64,000 bases of DNA from an uncultured Planctomycetota bacterium (GTDB lineage: Bacteria; Planctomycetota; Planctomycetia; Isosphaerales; Isosphaeraceae). Location of the stretch: assembly GCA_963737655.1 (NCBI GenBank), contig CAVTTN010000002.1:3264001-3328000 (forward strand). The letters are read 5' to 3'. Shown here one piece after another: positions 9,768 through 20,028 of this stretch (position 1 is the stretch's first letter; each line of letters starts with the position of its first letter). The notes under the pieces are model-generated. The model saw nothing but the letters and a program-made list of their open reading frames with translations. It had not been told where the DNA came from and did not search any database. The position numbers and the translations under genes are program-made.

Positions 9768-11847
9768 GTGGCCCGCCGCGATCGACGTCCCCGGCCTTCG
9801 GCGACACCCTCGGCCCCAACCCCCGTGGCCCCGGAGACCTCGACGCCTCCCGCCCCGCCGACGCCACCGATCCGCTCGCGAGTGCTGATCTTGCTGGTGG
9901 CCGGGATGCTGTCGCTTCATTATGGGTTGGCCGCGTCCAGCCTGGTTCGGGAGAACCCGACGGTGGACGAGGTGAACCACCTTCCGGCGGGCGTTTCGTA
10001 CTTCGAAACCGGCTCATTCCGGCTGTATCACCACAACCCGCCGCTGGTCAAGCTCGCGGCGGCGTTGCCCGTGGTCCTGGCCGGCGGGACCATGCGAGGC
10101 TCGTTCGATTCCCCCGTCTGGAAGGAGGAATCGATCCCGCAGGCCCCCTACGGACTCATGTTCGCGATCCTGAATTCCGCCCAGTATTTCGAGCTCTTCC
10201 GCCTGGCGCGCCTCGTGATGCCCTTGTTCTCGGTCCTGGGCGGCCTGGTGGTGTTCTTCTGGTCGAGACGGCTGTTCGGCGACCGGGGGGGCCTCCTGAG
10301 CCTGGCGTTGTGGTGCCTTTGCCCGAACGTCCTGGCTCACGGGCGGCTGATCACGTCGGACGTGGCCGGGGCGGCGATCGGCTCGGCGGCAACGTATGCG
10401 TTCTGGCGGTATCTTCATGCCCCGACCTGGCTCCGGGCCGGGATCGCCGGAGTGGTCCTCGGCCTGGCCCAGTTGACGAAGTTCAGCATGCTCTTGCTCT
10501 ATCCGCTCTGGCCGGTCCTCTGGATCGTCTTCGAGCTTTGCGAAGGCGGCTGGAAGGGGCCGCTCCGGCATGGGCTCTGCGCGACGGTCCAGGGGGCGCC
10601 GTCGTGGCGCTGAGCGTCCTCGTCATCAACCTCGGCTACGGCTTCGAGGGGACGGGGCGCCCCCTCGGGGATTTTCGGTTCGCGAGCGGAGGTCTGCTGA
10701 CCAGGCCGGGGTTCACTCCGCATCGGAGCAAGAACGAGCTGATCGACCTCTCCTGGTCCCACCGCGTGAATCGATTCCGGGGGACGTGGCTGGGCCGGTT
10801 GCCGACCCCCCTGCCCTCTCACTACTTGCTGGGGTTTGACGAGCAGAAGATCGAGGCCGACGGGCTTCCCCTGATCTGGTTTTATGAACGAGACCCCCGC
10901 GCCTTCGCGAAGAAGCCCTCGCCCGACGAGACGACCGGCTACACGGTCTACCTCGACGGCGTCCTCCGCCGGACCGGCTGGCGGTCGTATTACGCGAGGA
11001 CGATCCTGTACAAGACGCCGGAGGGTACGCTGGCGCTGATGGTGCTGGCCCTGGTGGCGATCGCGACGGCCCGGCGGGCCGGGCCCCGGTCGGCGACGAG
11101 CTGGTGTTGATCCTGCCTCCGCTGGCGTTTTTCGGGGCGATGACGTTCCTGACGGACATCAACATCGGCCTTCGCTACGTCCTGCCCGCCTTCCCTTATG
11201 CGTTCGTGTTCGCCGGCAGGCTCGCGCCCTGGGCCGATCGGGGGCCGATCCGGCGGATCGCCTGGGGCGGGATCGTCGCGTGTTTCGCGGCCACGGTCCT
11301 GGCGGTCGGGACGATCCATCCGCACTACCTTGCTTATCTGAACGCCGCCTCGGGCGGCCCCGATCGGGAACCGCCCCGGCTGATCGACAGCAACCTCGAT
11401 TGGGGCCAGGACCTCACCAATCTCCGCGAGTGGCTCCGCGAGCACCCCGAGGAGAAGACGGTCGGCCTGGCGTATTTCGGTCAGATCCCGCCGGGCCTCT
11501 TCTCGTGGAGAGGGGACGGATTCCCCTGGTTCCTGCCCCCGTCGCGGGCCGGGACGATGTTCCCGATGGGGGACACGTCGCGGATGGCGGGCCCGGCAAG
11601 AACGGTCCGGCCGGGGCTTTACGCGGTCAGCGCGACCCTCCGCGAGGGGCTTTCCTGGCGCGTCTACGACCCCTCCCTGACCATCCCGGGCGCCACCTGG
11701 AACGTTCGGGACCGGGGTTATGACTATTTCCGCCTGGCCCGCCCGTTCGACCGGATCGGCCATTCGATCTTGCTCTTCCGCCTCTCGGAAAAAGACGCCG
11801 CGAGGCTGGAGGCGGACCGGCTGAGGCCGGCGGATTCGCCTCGGTAG
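9768..11847 (+). CDS. ArnT/PMT-like GT-C glycosyltransferase (family 39); two apparent -1 frameshifts (about 10595 and 11085)
   Basis: GTG start after GGAGG. PTVDEVNH..AG, HNPPLVKL, ARL, CPNVLAHGRLITSD, LAQLTKF; continues in a second frame (INLGYGFEG...KTPEG) and a third (NIGLRYVLP, DSNLDWGQDL). Confidence 0.8.
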
Positions 11848-11868
11848 TCCTCCGCGTCTTCCGATCGT

Positions 11869-13191
11869 TCAAAGAATCGCCCGGAACGCATCCTCGGCCG
11901 CCCGGATGGTCTGATCGACGTCGTCGCGGGAGTGGGCGGCGGAGACGAACGCGGCCTCGAACTGGCTGCACGGGAGATAGACGCCCCGGGCGAGCATCTC
12001 CCAGAAGAACCGGCCGAATCGCTTCGTATCGCTCTCCTTGGCCTCCTCGTAGTTCGTCACGGGGCCGTCGTGGAAGAAGAGGGTGAGCATGCTGCCAACC
12101 CTCTGGACGACGTGGGGCACCTTCGCGTCGCTCGCCGCGCGATGGAGGCCCTCCGCCAGCCGTCCCGAGAGCGTTTCCAGGCGTTCATAGGGGGAGTCCT
12201 CGGCCAGCTCGTGGATCGTCGCCAGTCCCGCCGCCATCGCCAAGGGGTTTCCCGAGAGCGTCCCGGCCTGGTAGATCGGCCCGGAAGGCGAGACGTGGTC
12301 CATCACCCGGGCGCTGGCCCCATACGCCGCCGCCGGCAGCCCTCCGCCGATGATCTTGCCCAGGGCGGTCAGGTCGGGAGCGATCCCGAACCGTTCCTGG
12401 GCGCCGCCCAGGGCCAGGCGGAAGCCGGTCATGACCTCGTCGAAGAACAGCAAGGCGCCGTCCCTCTCGGTGATCTCGCGGAGGGCCTCGAGATAGCCGC
12501 TCCGAGGGGGGACCAGGCCCATGTTGCCCGCCACCGGCTCCAGGAGGACCGCGGCGACCTGCCCCGGATGGTCCTGGAACGCCCGGCGGACGGCCTCGAT
12601 GTCGTTGAACGGGACGAGGATGGTATCGGCCACCGCCCCGGGGGTGACGCCCGGGCTATTCGGCGTCCCCAGGGTCGTCGCGGCCGATCCGGCCTGGACG
12701 AGCAGGGCATCGACGTGGCCGTGATAATGCCCCGTCATCTTGATGAGCTTGGTCCGACCCGTGACCCCGCGAGCCACCCTCACGGCCGACATCGCCGCCT
12801 CGGTCCCCGACGAGACGAACCGGACCTTCTCGATCGACGGCACCGCCGAGACGACGGCCTCGGCGATGTCGCTTTCGCGGACCGTCGGCGCCCCGAAGCT
12901 CGTCCCGGACTCCAACGCCTCGGCGATCGCCTTCTTGACCTTCGGATGGCCATGACCCAGGATCATCGGTCCCCAGGAACCGATGTAGTCGATATACTTG
13001 TGACCGTCGATATCGAAGAGGTAGGCCCCTTCGGCGCGGCTCATGAACGGAGGCTCCCCGCCGACGGCCCCGAAGGCGCGGGCCGGGCTGTTCACCCCTC
13101 CGGGGATCGTCCGGTTGGCGCGGACGAACGCGGCGTGGCTCTCGGGCAACTGGTAGTCGGGTCGCGAGAGGGCGGGCGTGGTGGCGGTCAT
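11869..13191 (-). CDS. hemL: Glutamate-1-semialdehyde 2,1-aminomutase
   Basis: IPGGVNSPARAF, DYIGSWGP, SGTEAAM, YHGH, FDEVMTGFR, GKIIGGGLP, YQAGTLSGNP. Confidence 0.96.
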   Translation of the reverse strand: MTATTPALSRPDYQLPESHAAFVRANRTIPGGVNSPARAFGAVGGEPPFMSRAEGAYLFDIDGHKYIDYIGSWGPMILGHGHPKVKKAIAEALESGTSFGAPTVRESDIAEAVVSAVPSIEKVRFVSSGTEAAMSAVRVARGVTGRTKLIKMTGHYHGHVDALLVQAGSAATTLGTPNSPGVTPGAVADTILVPFNDIEAVRRAFQDHPGQVAAVLLEPVAGNMGLVPPRSGYLEALREITERDGALLFFDEVMTGFRLALGGAQERFGIAPDLTALGKIIGGGLPAAAYGASARVMDHVSPSGPIYQAGTLSGNPLAMAAGLATIHELAEDSPYERLETLSGRLAEGLHRAASDAKVPHVVQRVGSMLTLFFHDGPVTNYEEAKESDTKRFGRFFWEMLARGVYLPCSQFEAAFVSAAHSRDDVDQTIRAAEDAFRAIL

Positions 13192-13227
13192 GAGGAAAAG
13201 GCTCGGGACTCGGTGGGAGGAGGGCGA

Positions 13228-13632
13228 TCAGTGCCACGGCATGAAATCGTGACTCAAGGCGTGAATCGAGAGGCCGGCGATCGGCACGGAAATGAGCATG
13301 CCGATCCCGAACAGGCCACGCCGGATCCAGGTCCGGGGCAGGCCGAGCCTCGCCAGGTAGAATTCGGCCACCACGCCCGTGCTGAAGCACACGTTCGCCG
13401 CGAGACAGGCGATGGCCAGGGCGAGCAGACATCCGGGATTGGTGAGGAGCGGGGAGCGCAGGACGGCCGTGCCGATCAGGACCTCGGCCCCGAGGATGAG
13501 GTTGTAGACCAGGCGGAGCCGCTCCCAGGCCACGAGGGACCCCTCGTCCTCTCGCGCGACATCGATCCCCTCCGCCTCCGGAGGCGCGTAGTACGGGGCC
13601 GCATCGTCGAAATCCCAATCTTGGTCACCCAT
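13228..13632 (-). CDS. Hypothetical small membrane protein
   Basis: GGAGG upstream of the ATG. PYYAPP motif, [12 protein letters not shown], three hydrophobic segments. Confidence 0.65.
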   Translation of the reverse strand: MGDQDWDFDDAAPYYAPPEAEGIDVAREDEGSLVAWERLRLVYNLILGAEVLIGTAVLRSPLLTNPGCLLALAIACLAANVCFSTGVVAEFYLARLGLPRTWIRRGLFGIGMLISVPIAGLSIHALSHDFMPWH

Positions 13633-14690
13633 GCCACACCTCCTGCCCTTCCCGGTCGCTCGCCTCGATCGATCCCGGGACCCTTCGCTCGAGCGCCCTG
13701 GTCCTTCAGCCATCGGGCGGCATCGAGGGCGTGATAGGTCAGGATCATGTCCGCGCCGGCTCGTTTGAATCCCGTGAGCGTCTCCAGGACAACCCGTTTC
13801 TCGTCGATCCATCCGTTCCTCGCGGCGGCCTTGACCATCGCGTACTCGCCCGAGACGTTGTAGACGGCCGTGGGGACGCCGAATCGGTCCTTCACCCGGC
13901 GGATGATGTCCATGTAGGCCAGCCCCGGCTTGACCATGACGAGGTCGGCCCCCTCCTCCAGGTCGAGGGCCACTTCTCTCATGGCCTCGTCGCCATTGGC
14001 CGGGTCCATCTGGTAGGTCCGGCGGTCGCCGAAGCTCGGGGCGCTCTCGGCGGCGTCCCGGAACGGGCCGTAGTAGCCGCTGGCGAACTTCGCCGCGTAG
14101 GAGAGGATCGGCACGCCCGAAAACCCCGAGGAATCCAGCCCTCGACGGATCGCGCCGACCATCCCATCCATCATCCCCGACGGGGCCACCACGTCGGCGC
14201 CGGCCCGGGCGTGGCTGACCGCCTGCCTGGCCAGGAGGGGGAGCGTGGCGTCATTATCGACGTCCAGGCCGCCCGAGGGATGCTCTCGGAGCGGGCCGCA
14301 ATGGCCGTGGTCGGTATATTCGCAGAAGCAGACGTCGGTGATCACCAGGGTCTCCGGCGACCGTTTCTTGACCAGCCGAATGGCCTCCTGGACGATCCCG
14401 CCGTCGTCCCACGAGGCCGATCCCGAGGCATCCTTTTCGGCCGGAATCCCGAACAGCAACAGGGCCGGGATTCGCCACTCCGCCGCCTCGTCGATCGCTT
14501 CGCCCAGTCGATCCAGCGACCACTGAAACTGCCCCGGCATCGACGAGATCTCTCGACGCAGGCCGTTCCCGTGGTAGACGAACAGGGGGAAGACCAGGTC
14601 ATCGACGGTCAATCGGTGCTCGCGGACCATGTCCCTCAAGCGGGGGTGGCCCCGGAGCCGTCTCGGTCGATGGATTGGTGCGTCATTCAT
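13476..14690 (-). CDS. hemB: Porphobilinogen synthase (delta-aminolevulinate dehydratase); the last ~70 codons may be artefactual read-through
   Basis: [21 protein letters not shown] (Zn site), [36 protein letters not shown]. Confidence 0.95.
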   Translation of the reverse strand: MNDAPIHRPRRLRGHPRLRDMVREHRLTVDDLVFPLFVYHGNGLRREISSMPGQFQWSLDRLGEAIDEAAEWRIPALLLFGIPAEKDASGSASWDDGGIVQEAIRLVKKRSPETLVITDVCFCEYTDHGHCGPLREHPSGGLDVDNDATLPLLARQAVSHARAGADVVAPSGMMDGMVGAIRRGLDSSGFSGVPILSYAAKFASGYYGPFRDAAESAPSFGDRRTYQMDPANGDEAMREVALDLEEGADLVMVKPGLAYMDIIRRVKDRFGVPTAVYNVSGEYAMVKAAARNGWIDEKRVVLETLTGFKRAGADMILTYHALDAARWLKDQGARAKGPGIDRGERPGRAGGVAWVTKIGISTMRPRTTRLRRRRGSMSRERTRGPSWPGSGSAWSTTSSSGPRS

Positions 14691-14743
14691 GGCGATCAGT
14701 CTATCTCCCGGGGACTTCGAGGAGGAAGGCTGCCGGCCTCGCA

Positions 14744-15787
14744 TCAACTCAGGACCGCCAGGGTGCCGCACGCGGCCTGGATGTCGGCGCCTCCGGAGTA
14801 TCTTCGGACGATCGGTTGCCCGAGATGTCGCGACAGGGCGTCTCGGAAGGCTTGCAGCTCTTGCGAGGAGGGCGGCCGGAAGCGTCCGGAGGGGTCGGTG
14901 ACCTCGATCAGGTCGAACCTCACGGGCGTGTCGCCGATGAGCTCACCGAGGGCCCGGGCGTCGTCCTCCGAGCAGTTCTCGCCCCCGATGCAGACGTAGG
15001 AGAGCATCACGCGGCCCCCTCGGGCCTGGGCGTGGCGGCGGGCGGCGGCCATGACCTCCGCGATGGGGGTCCGCGAGGCCACCGGGACGAGCTTCGCCCT
15101 CTGGGCGTCGGTCGCGGCGCCGAGGCTGATCGAGAGGCGGAAGCGGCGGCCCTCGGCCGTGAAGCGGTCGATCTCGGGGACCAGCCCCACGGTGCTGATC
15201 GTGATCCCCTTCGCCGCCATCGAACCGCCGAACGAGCATCGCAGCAGCTCGGCCGCGGCCAGGACGCGGTCGTAATTGAGGAACGGCTCGCCCATCCCCA
15301 TGAAGACGGCCCCCGTGACCCGCCGGCCTTGCTCCTGGGCGATCTCGCGGCCCTGCATCCACTGGTCGATGATTTCCCAGGTCGCGAGGTTGCGGCGAGT
15401 CGGCATCGAGGCCGTGGCGCAGAAGGCGCAGGCCATCGGGCAGCCGACCTGTGACGAGAGGCAGACGCTGACCGCGCCGGGCTTGTGCAGGGGGATCAGG
15501 ACCGTTTCGATCGGCAGGCCGTCGGGCAATCGGAACAGGATCTTCTGGAAGCCGTCTCGGGGCGAGATGACGCTCTTTTCTCGGCGGAGCCGGGGCAAAT
15601 CGGGCAGGAGGTCCGACATCCGCTTCGGAACCTGGTGCTCGCGACCCCAGGAGGCGCGATCGTGGACCCCTCGGCCGAGCAGGGCCGCGAGCAGGCGCCT
15701 CGAAGCCTCGTCCGAAACGCCGATCCGCCGGCCCCAGTCGAGAAACGCCTCGGGAGGCTGGTCGCGAGGGTCCGTCACGTCAAGCAT
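14744..15787 (-). CDS. RlmN/Cfr-family radical SAM RNA methyltransferase, divergent
   Basis: [50 protein letters not shown]. Confidence 0.85.
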   Translation of the reverse strand: MLDVTDPRDQPPEAFLDWGRRIGVSDEASRRLLAALLGRGVHDRASWGREHQVPKRMSDLLPDLPRLRREKSVISPRDGFQKILFRLPDGLPIETVLIPLHKPGAVSVCLSSQVGCPMACAFCATASMPTRRNLATWEIIDQWMQGREIAQEQGRRVTGAVFMGMGEPFLNYDRVLAAAELLRCSFGGSMAAKGITISTVGLVPEIDRFTAEGRRFRLSISLGAATDAQRAKLVPVASRTPIAEVMAAARRHAQARGGRVMLSYVCIGGENCSEDDARALGELIGDTPVRFDLIEVTDPSGRFRPPSSQELQAFRDALSRHLGQPIVRRYSGGADIQAACGTLAVLS

Positions 15788-15850
15788 CGCCGTCGAATCT
15801 CCGCCTCCGGGCCGAGGGTCGCCGAATATTGTACCGGAATCCGCGAAGAC

Positions 15851-16003
15851 CCTGTAGGGTGCATGAAATGCCGCATCCCCCCTCGCGGGTGCAGCCCGCG
15901 ACCCCACCTTGCCGATCTCGCAATCGAAATGGAAGACGGGAGAGCCGGGGAAAGGCTCCGGCCTCTCGACTGCGTTCGTGGTGCATTTCATGCATCCTCC
16001 AGG
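15851..16003. repeat. REPIN-like doublet of GTAG/GGAG REP elements (family A) in inverted orientation
   Basis: cctGTAGGGTGCATGAAATGC (15851-15871) versus the reverse complement of 15983-16003, cctGGAGGATGCATGAAATGC: 19/21 identical. About 110-nt spacer with small hairpins. Confidence 0.75.
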
Positions 16004-16153
16004 TCGAAGAATTGCCGATTTTTCGCCGCCTGGTCAGGAACTTTTCTCTCTCGTCGGTCGTACAGGTATGGAGACGAGGCCTGGGCCGGCAAGTGAGTTC
16101 GACGCGGCCCGACCGTCTTCCAGTCCCTAATGTGATTCAGGAGAACACCTTCG

Positions 16154-17734
16154 ATGAAGCGTAATGCGATCGCGTGGGCCGCCCTGGCGTTCTCGGTGGC
16201 CGCGTTCGTCGGATCGCGGGGGGTCTCGAAGCCCGCCACGGCCGTCCAGGAAATCCCCGCCGAGGGTCAGAAGACCGCTCGCGCGCTGTCCGAGGCATTC
16301 CACGCCGTCGCCGAATTCGCGCGCCCGTCGGTCGTGCAGATCACCGTCCAGAAGAAGGCCGGCGCCAATCTGGGCCGCTCGCGAGCTCCCGGCCGGGGCC
16401 AGCTCCCGGACAACGTGGACCCGAAGGACCTGGAGGACATGCTCAAGCGGTTCTTCGGCCCCGGTCAGACGCCGAAGTTCGAGAAGCAGCAGTTCGGCGT
16501 GGCCGAGGGCACGGGTTCCGGGTTCGTCTACGACGACAAGGGCCATATCCTGACCAACAACCACGTCGTCTCCGGGGCCGAACGGATCGTCGTGACGTTC
16601 CACGACGGCGAGACCGCCCCGGCGAAGGTCGTCGGCACCGATCCCAAGGCCGACGTCGCCGTGATCCAGGTCGAAACCACGAGCTACCCCGCCCTGCCCC
16701 GAGGCGATAGCGAAAAGCTGAAGGTCGGCGAATGGGTGATCGCCGTCGGTTCCCCGTTCGGCCTGGAGCAGACGGTCACCAGCGGGATCATCTCCGCCAC
16801 GGAGCGGGGGAACCTCGGGATCATCGGCGAGGACGGCTCTTACGAGAATTTCCTCCAGACGGATGCCGCGATCAACCCCGGCAACTCGGGCGGCCCGCTG
16901 ATCGACATGAACGGGCGGGTCGTGGGCATCAACACGGCCATCGCCACCGGCAACCGCACCAACGCCGGCGTCGGGTTCGCGATCCCGATCGACATGGCGG
17001 GCGTCCTGGCCGACAAGCTGATCAAGGACGGCAAGGTCAACCGGATGCGCGTCGGCCTGAAGCTGGCCATGCAACCCCTGACGCCGACCCTGGCCAGGAA
17101 GCTGGGCGTGGGCAAGGACGTCCATGGCGTGGTCGTCGATGAAGTCGTGGCCGACAGCCCCGGCGCCAAGGCGGGCATCCAGCCGGGCGACGTGATCGTC
17201 GAGTTCCAGGGCCATCCGGTCCACAACGTCGCCGGGTTCCGCAACCTGGTTTCGGCCAGCGACGAGGGCAAGTCCTACGCGGTCCGCCTCTTCCGGGACG
17301 GCAAGCCGACGAGCGTGACCGTCACCCCGGCCCCCGAGGACTCGGTGCAGTTCGCCTTCGAGAAGGAGGCCCAGAAGCTTCGCGCCGGGCAGACCAAGCT
17401 GGAGCCGTTCGGCTTCAGCGTCCAGCCGGTCAAGCCGGCCGACACCCAGCAACTGGGCTATCCCGAGGGGACCGAGGGCCTCATGATCACCGGAGTGAAG
17501 GACGGCATGCCCGCCGCCAACGCCGGCCTGGAAGAGGGTGACCTCATCACCAAGGTCATCAAGGACAAGAAAATCGAGCCGGCGAAGTCCGTCGAGGACC
17601 TGGTCTCCGCGGCCAATGGGGCCAAGGACCTGGCCATCTTCGTCAAGGACGTTCGCAACCCCGAAAAGGAGGCTCAGATCGTCACCCTGACCATCAAGGC
17701 CGAAAAGTCCGCCAAGCAAGAGAAGAACAACTAA
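16154..17734 (+). CDS. DegP/HtrA (Do/DeqQ) serine endoprotease with two PDZ domains
   Basis: Signal anchor, GTGSGF, ILTNNHVV, DVAV, QTDAAINPGNSGGPL, two PDZ-like repeats. Confidence 0.94.
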   Translation: MKRNAIAWAALAFSVAAFVGSRGVSKPATAVQEIPAEGQKTARALSEAFHAVAEFARPSVVQITVQKKAGANLGRSRAPGRGQLPDNVDPKDLEDMLKRFFGPGQTPKFEKQQFGVAEGTGSGFVYDDKGHILTNNHVVSGAERIVVTFHDGETAPAKVVGTDPKADVAVIQVETTSYPALPRGDSEKLKVGEWVIAVGSPFGLEQTVTSGIISATERGNLGIIGEDGSYENFLQTDAAINPGNSGGPLIDMNGRVVGINTAIATGNRTNAGVGFAIPIDMAGVLADKLIKDGKVNRMRVGLKLAMQPLTPTLARKLGVGKDVHGVVVDEVVADSPGAKAGIQPGDVIVEFQGHPVHNVAGFRNLVSASDEGKSYAVRLFRDGKPTSVTVTPAPEDSVQFAFEKEAQKLRAGQTKLEPFGFSVQPVKPADTQQLGYPEGTEGLMITGVKDGMPAANAGLEEGDLITKVIKDKKIEPAKSVEDLVSAANGAKDLAIFVKDVRNPEKEAQIVTLTIKAEKSAKQEKNN

Positions 17735-17755
17735 CCCGCGACCTTTCTCGACCGA

Positions 17756-17790
17756 ACGACGGCCCGGCGCATCCCGCGTCGGGCTGTCGT
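17756..17790 (+). terminator. Stem-loop after the degP-like gene (terminator or stabiliser)
   Basis: ACGACGGCCCGGCGC-ATCCC-GCGTCGGGCTGTCGT: 15-bp stem with two G-U pairs, no U-tract. Confidence 0.5.
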
Positions 17791-17823
17791 CATTACATGG
17801 CTCGCCGGGGGAGTCCAGGCCGC

Positions 17824-18234
17824 ATGGAGAGCTTCTCGATTTTCGCCCACGGCCGGGAGCTCGACGTGGATCGGCTGGTCCGCGAAGTCCCGTTGCCGTT
17901 CGATCGGGTCTGGAGGAGGGGGGAGCCTCTGCCGACCTGCGGGCTGGGCGAGTATCCGACCAGCGGCGCGGAGATCGTCCTGGGCTGCGGGAAGACGCTG
18001 GCCATCCGCGTTCAAGAACGGATCGCCGAGGAGTTCCTCGCCTCCCATCGAGGGCCTCTCCTGGAAATGGTCCGGGCAGAGGGCATCGAATGTTGCGTCC
18101 TCGGCCTTCAGTATCACCTGTCGTTTCAGCCGGACCGCCGCAGGTTCTGCGTCAGCCCTTCGACCAAATTCCTTCGGGCCGCCCTGGACCTGGGAATTCG
18201 GCCGGTGATTTACGGCACCCTCGACCCCGCGTGA
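17824..18234 (+). CDS. Hypothetical protein
   Basis: ORF with globular composition filling the gap between the degP-like and cobB-like genes; alternative start at 17797. Confidence 0.5.
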   Translation: MESFSIFAHGRELDVDRLVREVPLPFDRVWRRGEPLPTCGLGEYPTSGAEIVLGCGKTLAIRVQERIAEEFLASHRGPLLEMVRAEGIECCVLGLQYHLSFQPDRRRFCVSPSTKFLRAALDLGIRPVIYGTLDPA

Positions 18235-18266
18235 AAGCCGGCCACCAGGTGTAGCCATGCCCGGCT

Positions 18267-19613
18267 CTACTTCCCGCTCGGCGAGATCACGCCCTCGCAA
18301 AGGAGCCCGGTGAAGGCGGAGACGACTTCCGGTAGCGATGCCAGGTGCAGATGGACGAGGCTCCCCACGGCATTGTACCGAAAGACCATGTCGCGACGGT
18401 CGGCCAGAGGGCCGGACCGGGCCGGGCAGTCGCCGGGTTCGGGGGCCGGGTGGAGCCGCCACCGGCCGGAGAGATAGCCCCGGATCGCGGTGCCCCGGGG
18501 CCCGAGCCAGCCGGATCGATTCAAACGGCGGAGGACCGGCCGAGGCCGGGGGGTCCGCGAGGCGAGTTCGGCGTCGAACGGGAAGATCCCGGCTCCGGAG
18601 GTCCGCCGGCCCTCAACGATCAAGGAACGCCCGAGGTAGGCGGCGCCTCCCCCTTCGGCGTAGATCCGATGCCCCCGGCAGACGTGGTCCCGGAGAGACG
18701 CCACCAGGCTGAAGTTCCCGGCGAGCTCCTCGGCGAAGCGGTCGGGAAGGCCGGCGCCAATCATCACGAGGTCCGCGTTCTCCGGAAGTGTCTCGTCCCT
18801 CAAAGGCGAGAAGTCCACGAGCTCGGCCCCGAGTCCTTCGAGGGCTTCCAGGGTGTCCGGGAAATAGTTGCCGAACGCCTCATCGTGAGCGTAGGCGACG
18901 CGAAATCGAGGGCCGGGTTGGGTCGCCGGTGGCTCCGGCAGGCAGGAACGGCCCCGAGCGATCCCGAGCAGGGCGTCCAGGTCGGCGAACCGGAGGAAAC
19001 TCGCCCCCAGCTTCGCGAACACGGCCAGGGGCGTGGGATGCTCCGCCGAGTTTTCGGCGAGCTCGGCCCGAAGGCCGTCGAGCCGCTCGACGCCGCCGAT
19101 CACCGGCTTGCCCGACAGGACCTCGACGACCTTCTTCAACGCGGGGAAGGTGTCCGGTTCTTCCACCCCGTCGATCAGGAGGGCCTCGACGCCGGGAGGC
19201 AGGGGCGGCAGGTGGAAGGCCAGGGCCGGCGACCAGGGGACCATCGCGACGATCGGGAGGTCCAGGGCCGCGACCAGAGGGCCAAGCCGTCCGGGTCGGA
19301 GGTGAGGAGGGGCCGAGGGCGGCCAGGGGCTCTCGTCCAGGGTGCCTTCCACCACGGCAAGGTCGGCCCCTCGGGCGCCTCGGCCGAAGGCGGCCAGGCG
19401 AGCCTCGGGCGCCATCAGCCAGGGGTCGAGCTGCCGGCCCGGGAGGCCCGTGATCCGCCCGATGGCCGGTTCGCTGAGCGGCCGGGCGCGGGCGGCGAAG
19501 TGCTGGACGGTCCACCGCTTCATCGCCAGGCCCGCGAGCAAGGCAAGGCCGGCGGGCGACGGCTCGGGGCCGGCGGACGGCGTGGCCAGGGCCAGACGGG
19601 GCGGGCGGTTCAT
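18267..19613 (-). CDS. Cobyrinate a,c-diamide synthase (CobB/CbiA) homologue with degenerate catalytic motifs
   Basis: Fold landmarks RLALA, LDPWLM, ADLAVVEG, VAYAHDEAF, GAELVDFSPLRDETLP, IYAE.GG..YLG, VHLH. P-loop and glutaminase Cys are absent. Confidence 0.8.
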   Translation of the reverse strand: MNRPPRLALATPSAGPEPSPAGLALLAGLAMKRWTVQHFAARARPLSEPAIGRITGLPGRQLDPWLMAPEARLAAFGRGARGADLAVVEGTLDESPWPPSAPPHLRPGRLGPLVAALDLPIVAMVPWSPALAFHLPPLPPGVEALLIDGVEEPDTFPALKKVVEVLSGKPVIGGVERLDGLRAELAENSAEHPTPLAVFAKLGASFLRFADLDALLGIARGRSCLPEPPATQPGPRFRVAYAHDEAFGNYFPDTLEALEGLGAELVDFSPLRDETLPENADLVMIGAGLPDRFAEELAGNFSLVASLRDHVCRGHRIYAEGGGAAYLGRSLIVEGRRTSGAGIFPFDAELASRTPRPRPVLRRLNRSGWLGPRGTAIRGYLSGRWRLHPAPEPGDCPARSGPLADRRDMVFRYNAVGSLVHLHLASLPEVVSAFTGLLCEGVISPSGK

Positions 19614-19759
19614 CGGGGCACCGGCATCGGGCGGGGGGGCGCGCCGGGGAATCCCGGGCGCGAGATCGTTCGCCGGCATCGTGCCGGGCGGAGCATCCGC
19701 AAGGCCGGGACGGCTTCGGTCCTCGGCCCCCGGGACAGAGCGGCTGGCAGGTCGTCTCA

Positions 19760-19787
19760 ATCATAGAGAGGCCGGTCCGGGCGTCAA
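19760..19787 (-). promoter_or_regulatory. Sigma70-type promoter upstream of the cobB-like gene
   Basis: Minus strand TTGACG-16 nt-TATGAT. Confidence 0.6.
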
Positions 19788-20028
19788 GCCGGTTTAGCGG
19801 CCGAAGCCCGGGCGTCCTCGCCTCACGAGCCTTTCGAGGCGTCAGGACCACGGAATGCGAATGGGCGAGCATGCATCGATGCCTCGCAAGGGCCAGCGCG
19901 GCGATTCCGCTTGTCGACGGAGGGGGCTTGGGCTACCCTGACCGCCCCTCGGGCGGAACCATCAGACCACGGACGGCCTGGCTCCGGTGACGGAGCGGAC
20001 GACCTCTCGCTCTGGAGGAGCGCGAACG

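Noticed and set aside
10580..11110. Programmed frameshifting or phase variation in the ArnT-like gene
   Set aside because: The runs are short (5 or fewer), there is no slippery heptamer with a stimulator, and the same -1 pattern recurs in unrelated genes, so sequencing error is more likely
13476..13700. Novel C-terminal extension of HemB overlapping the next gene
   Set aside because: Low-complexity tail after the usual HemB end (ARWLK); probably a lost stop from an indel, which cannot be established without reads
19614..19760. Cobalamin riboswitch ahead of the cobB-like gene
   Set aside because: No B12-box or GGGAA core recognisable
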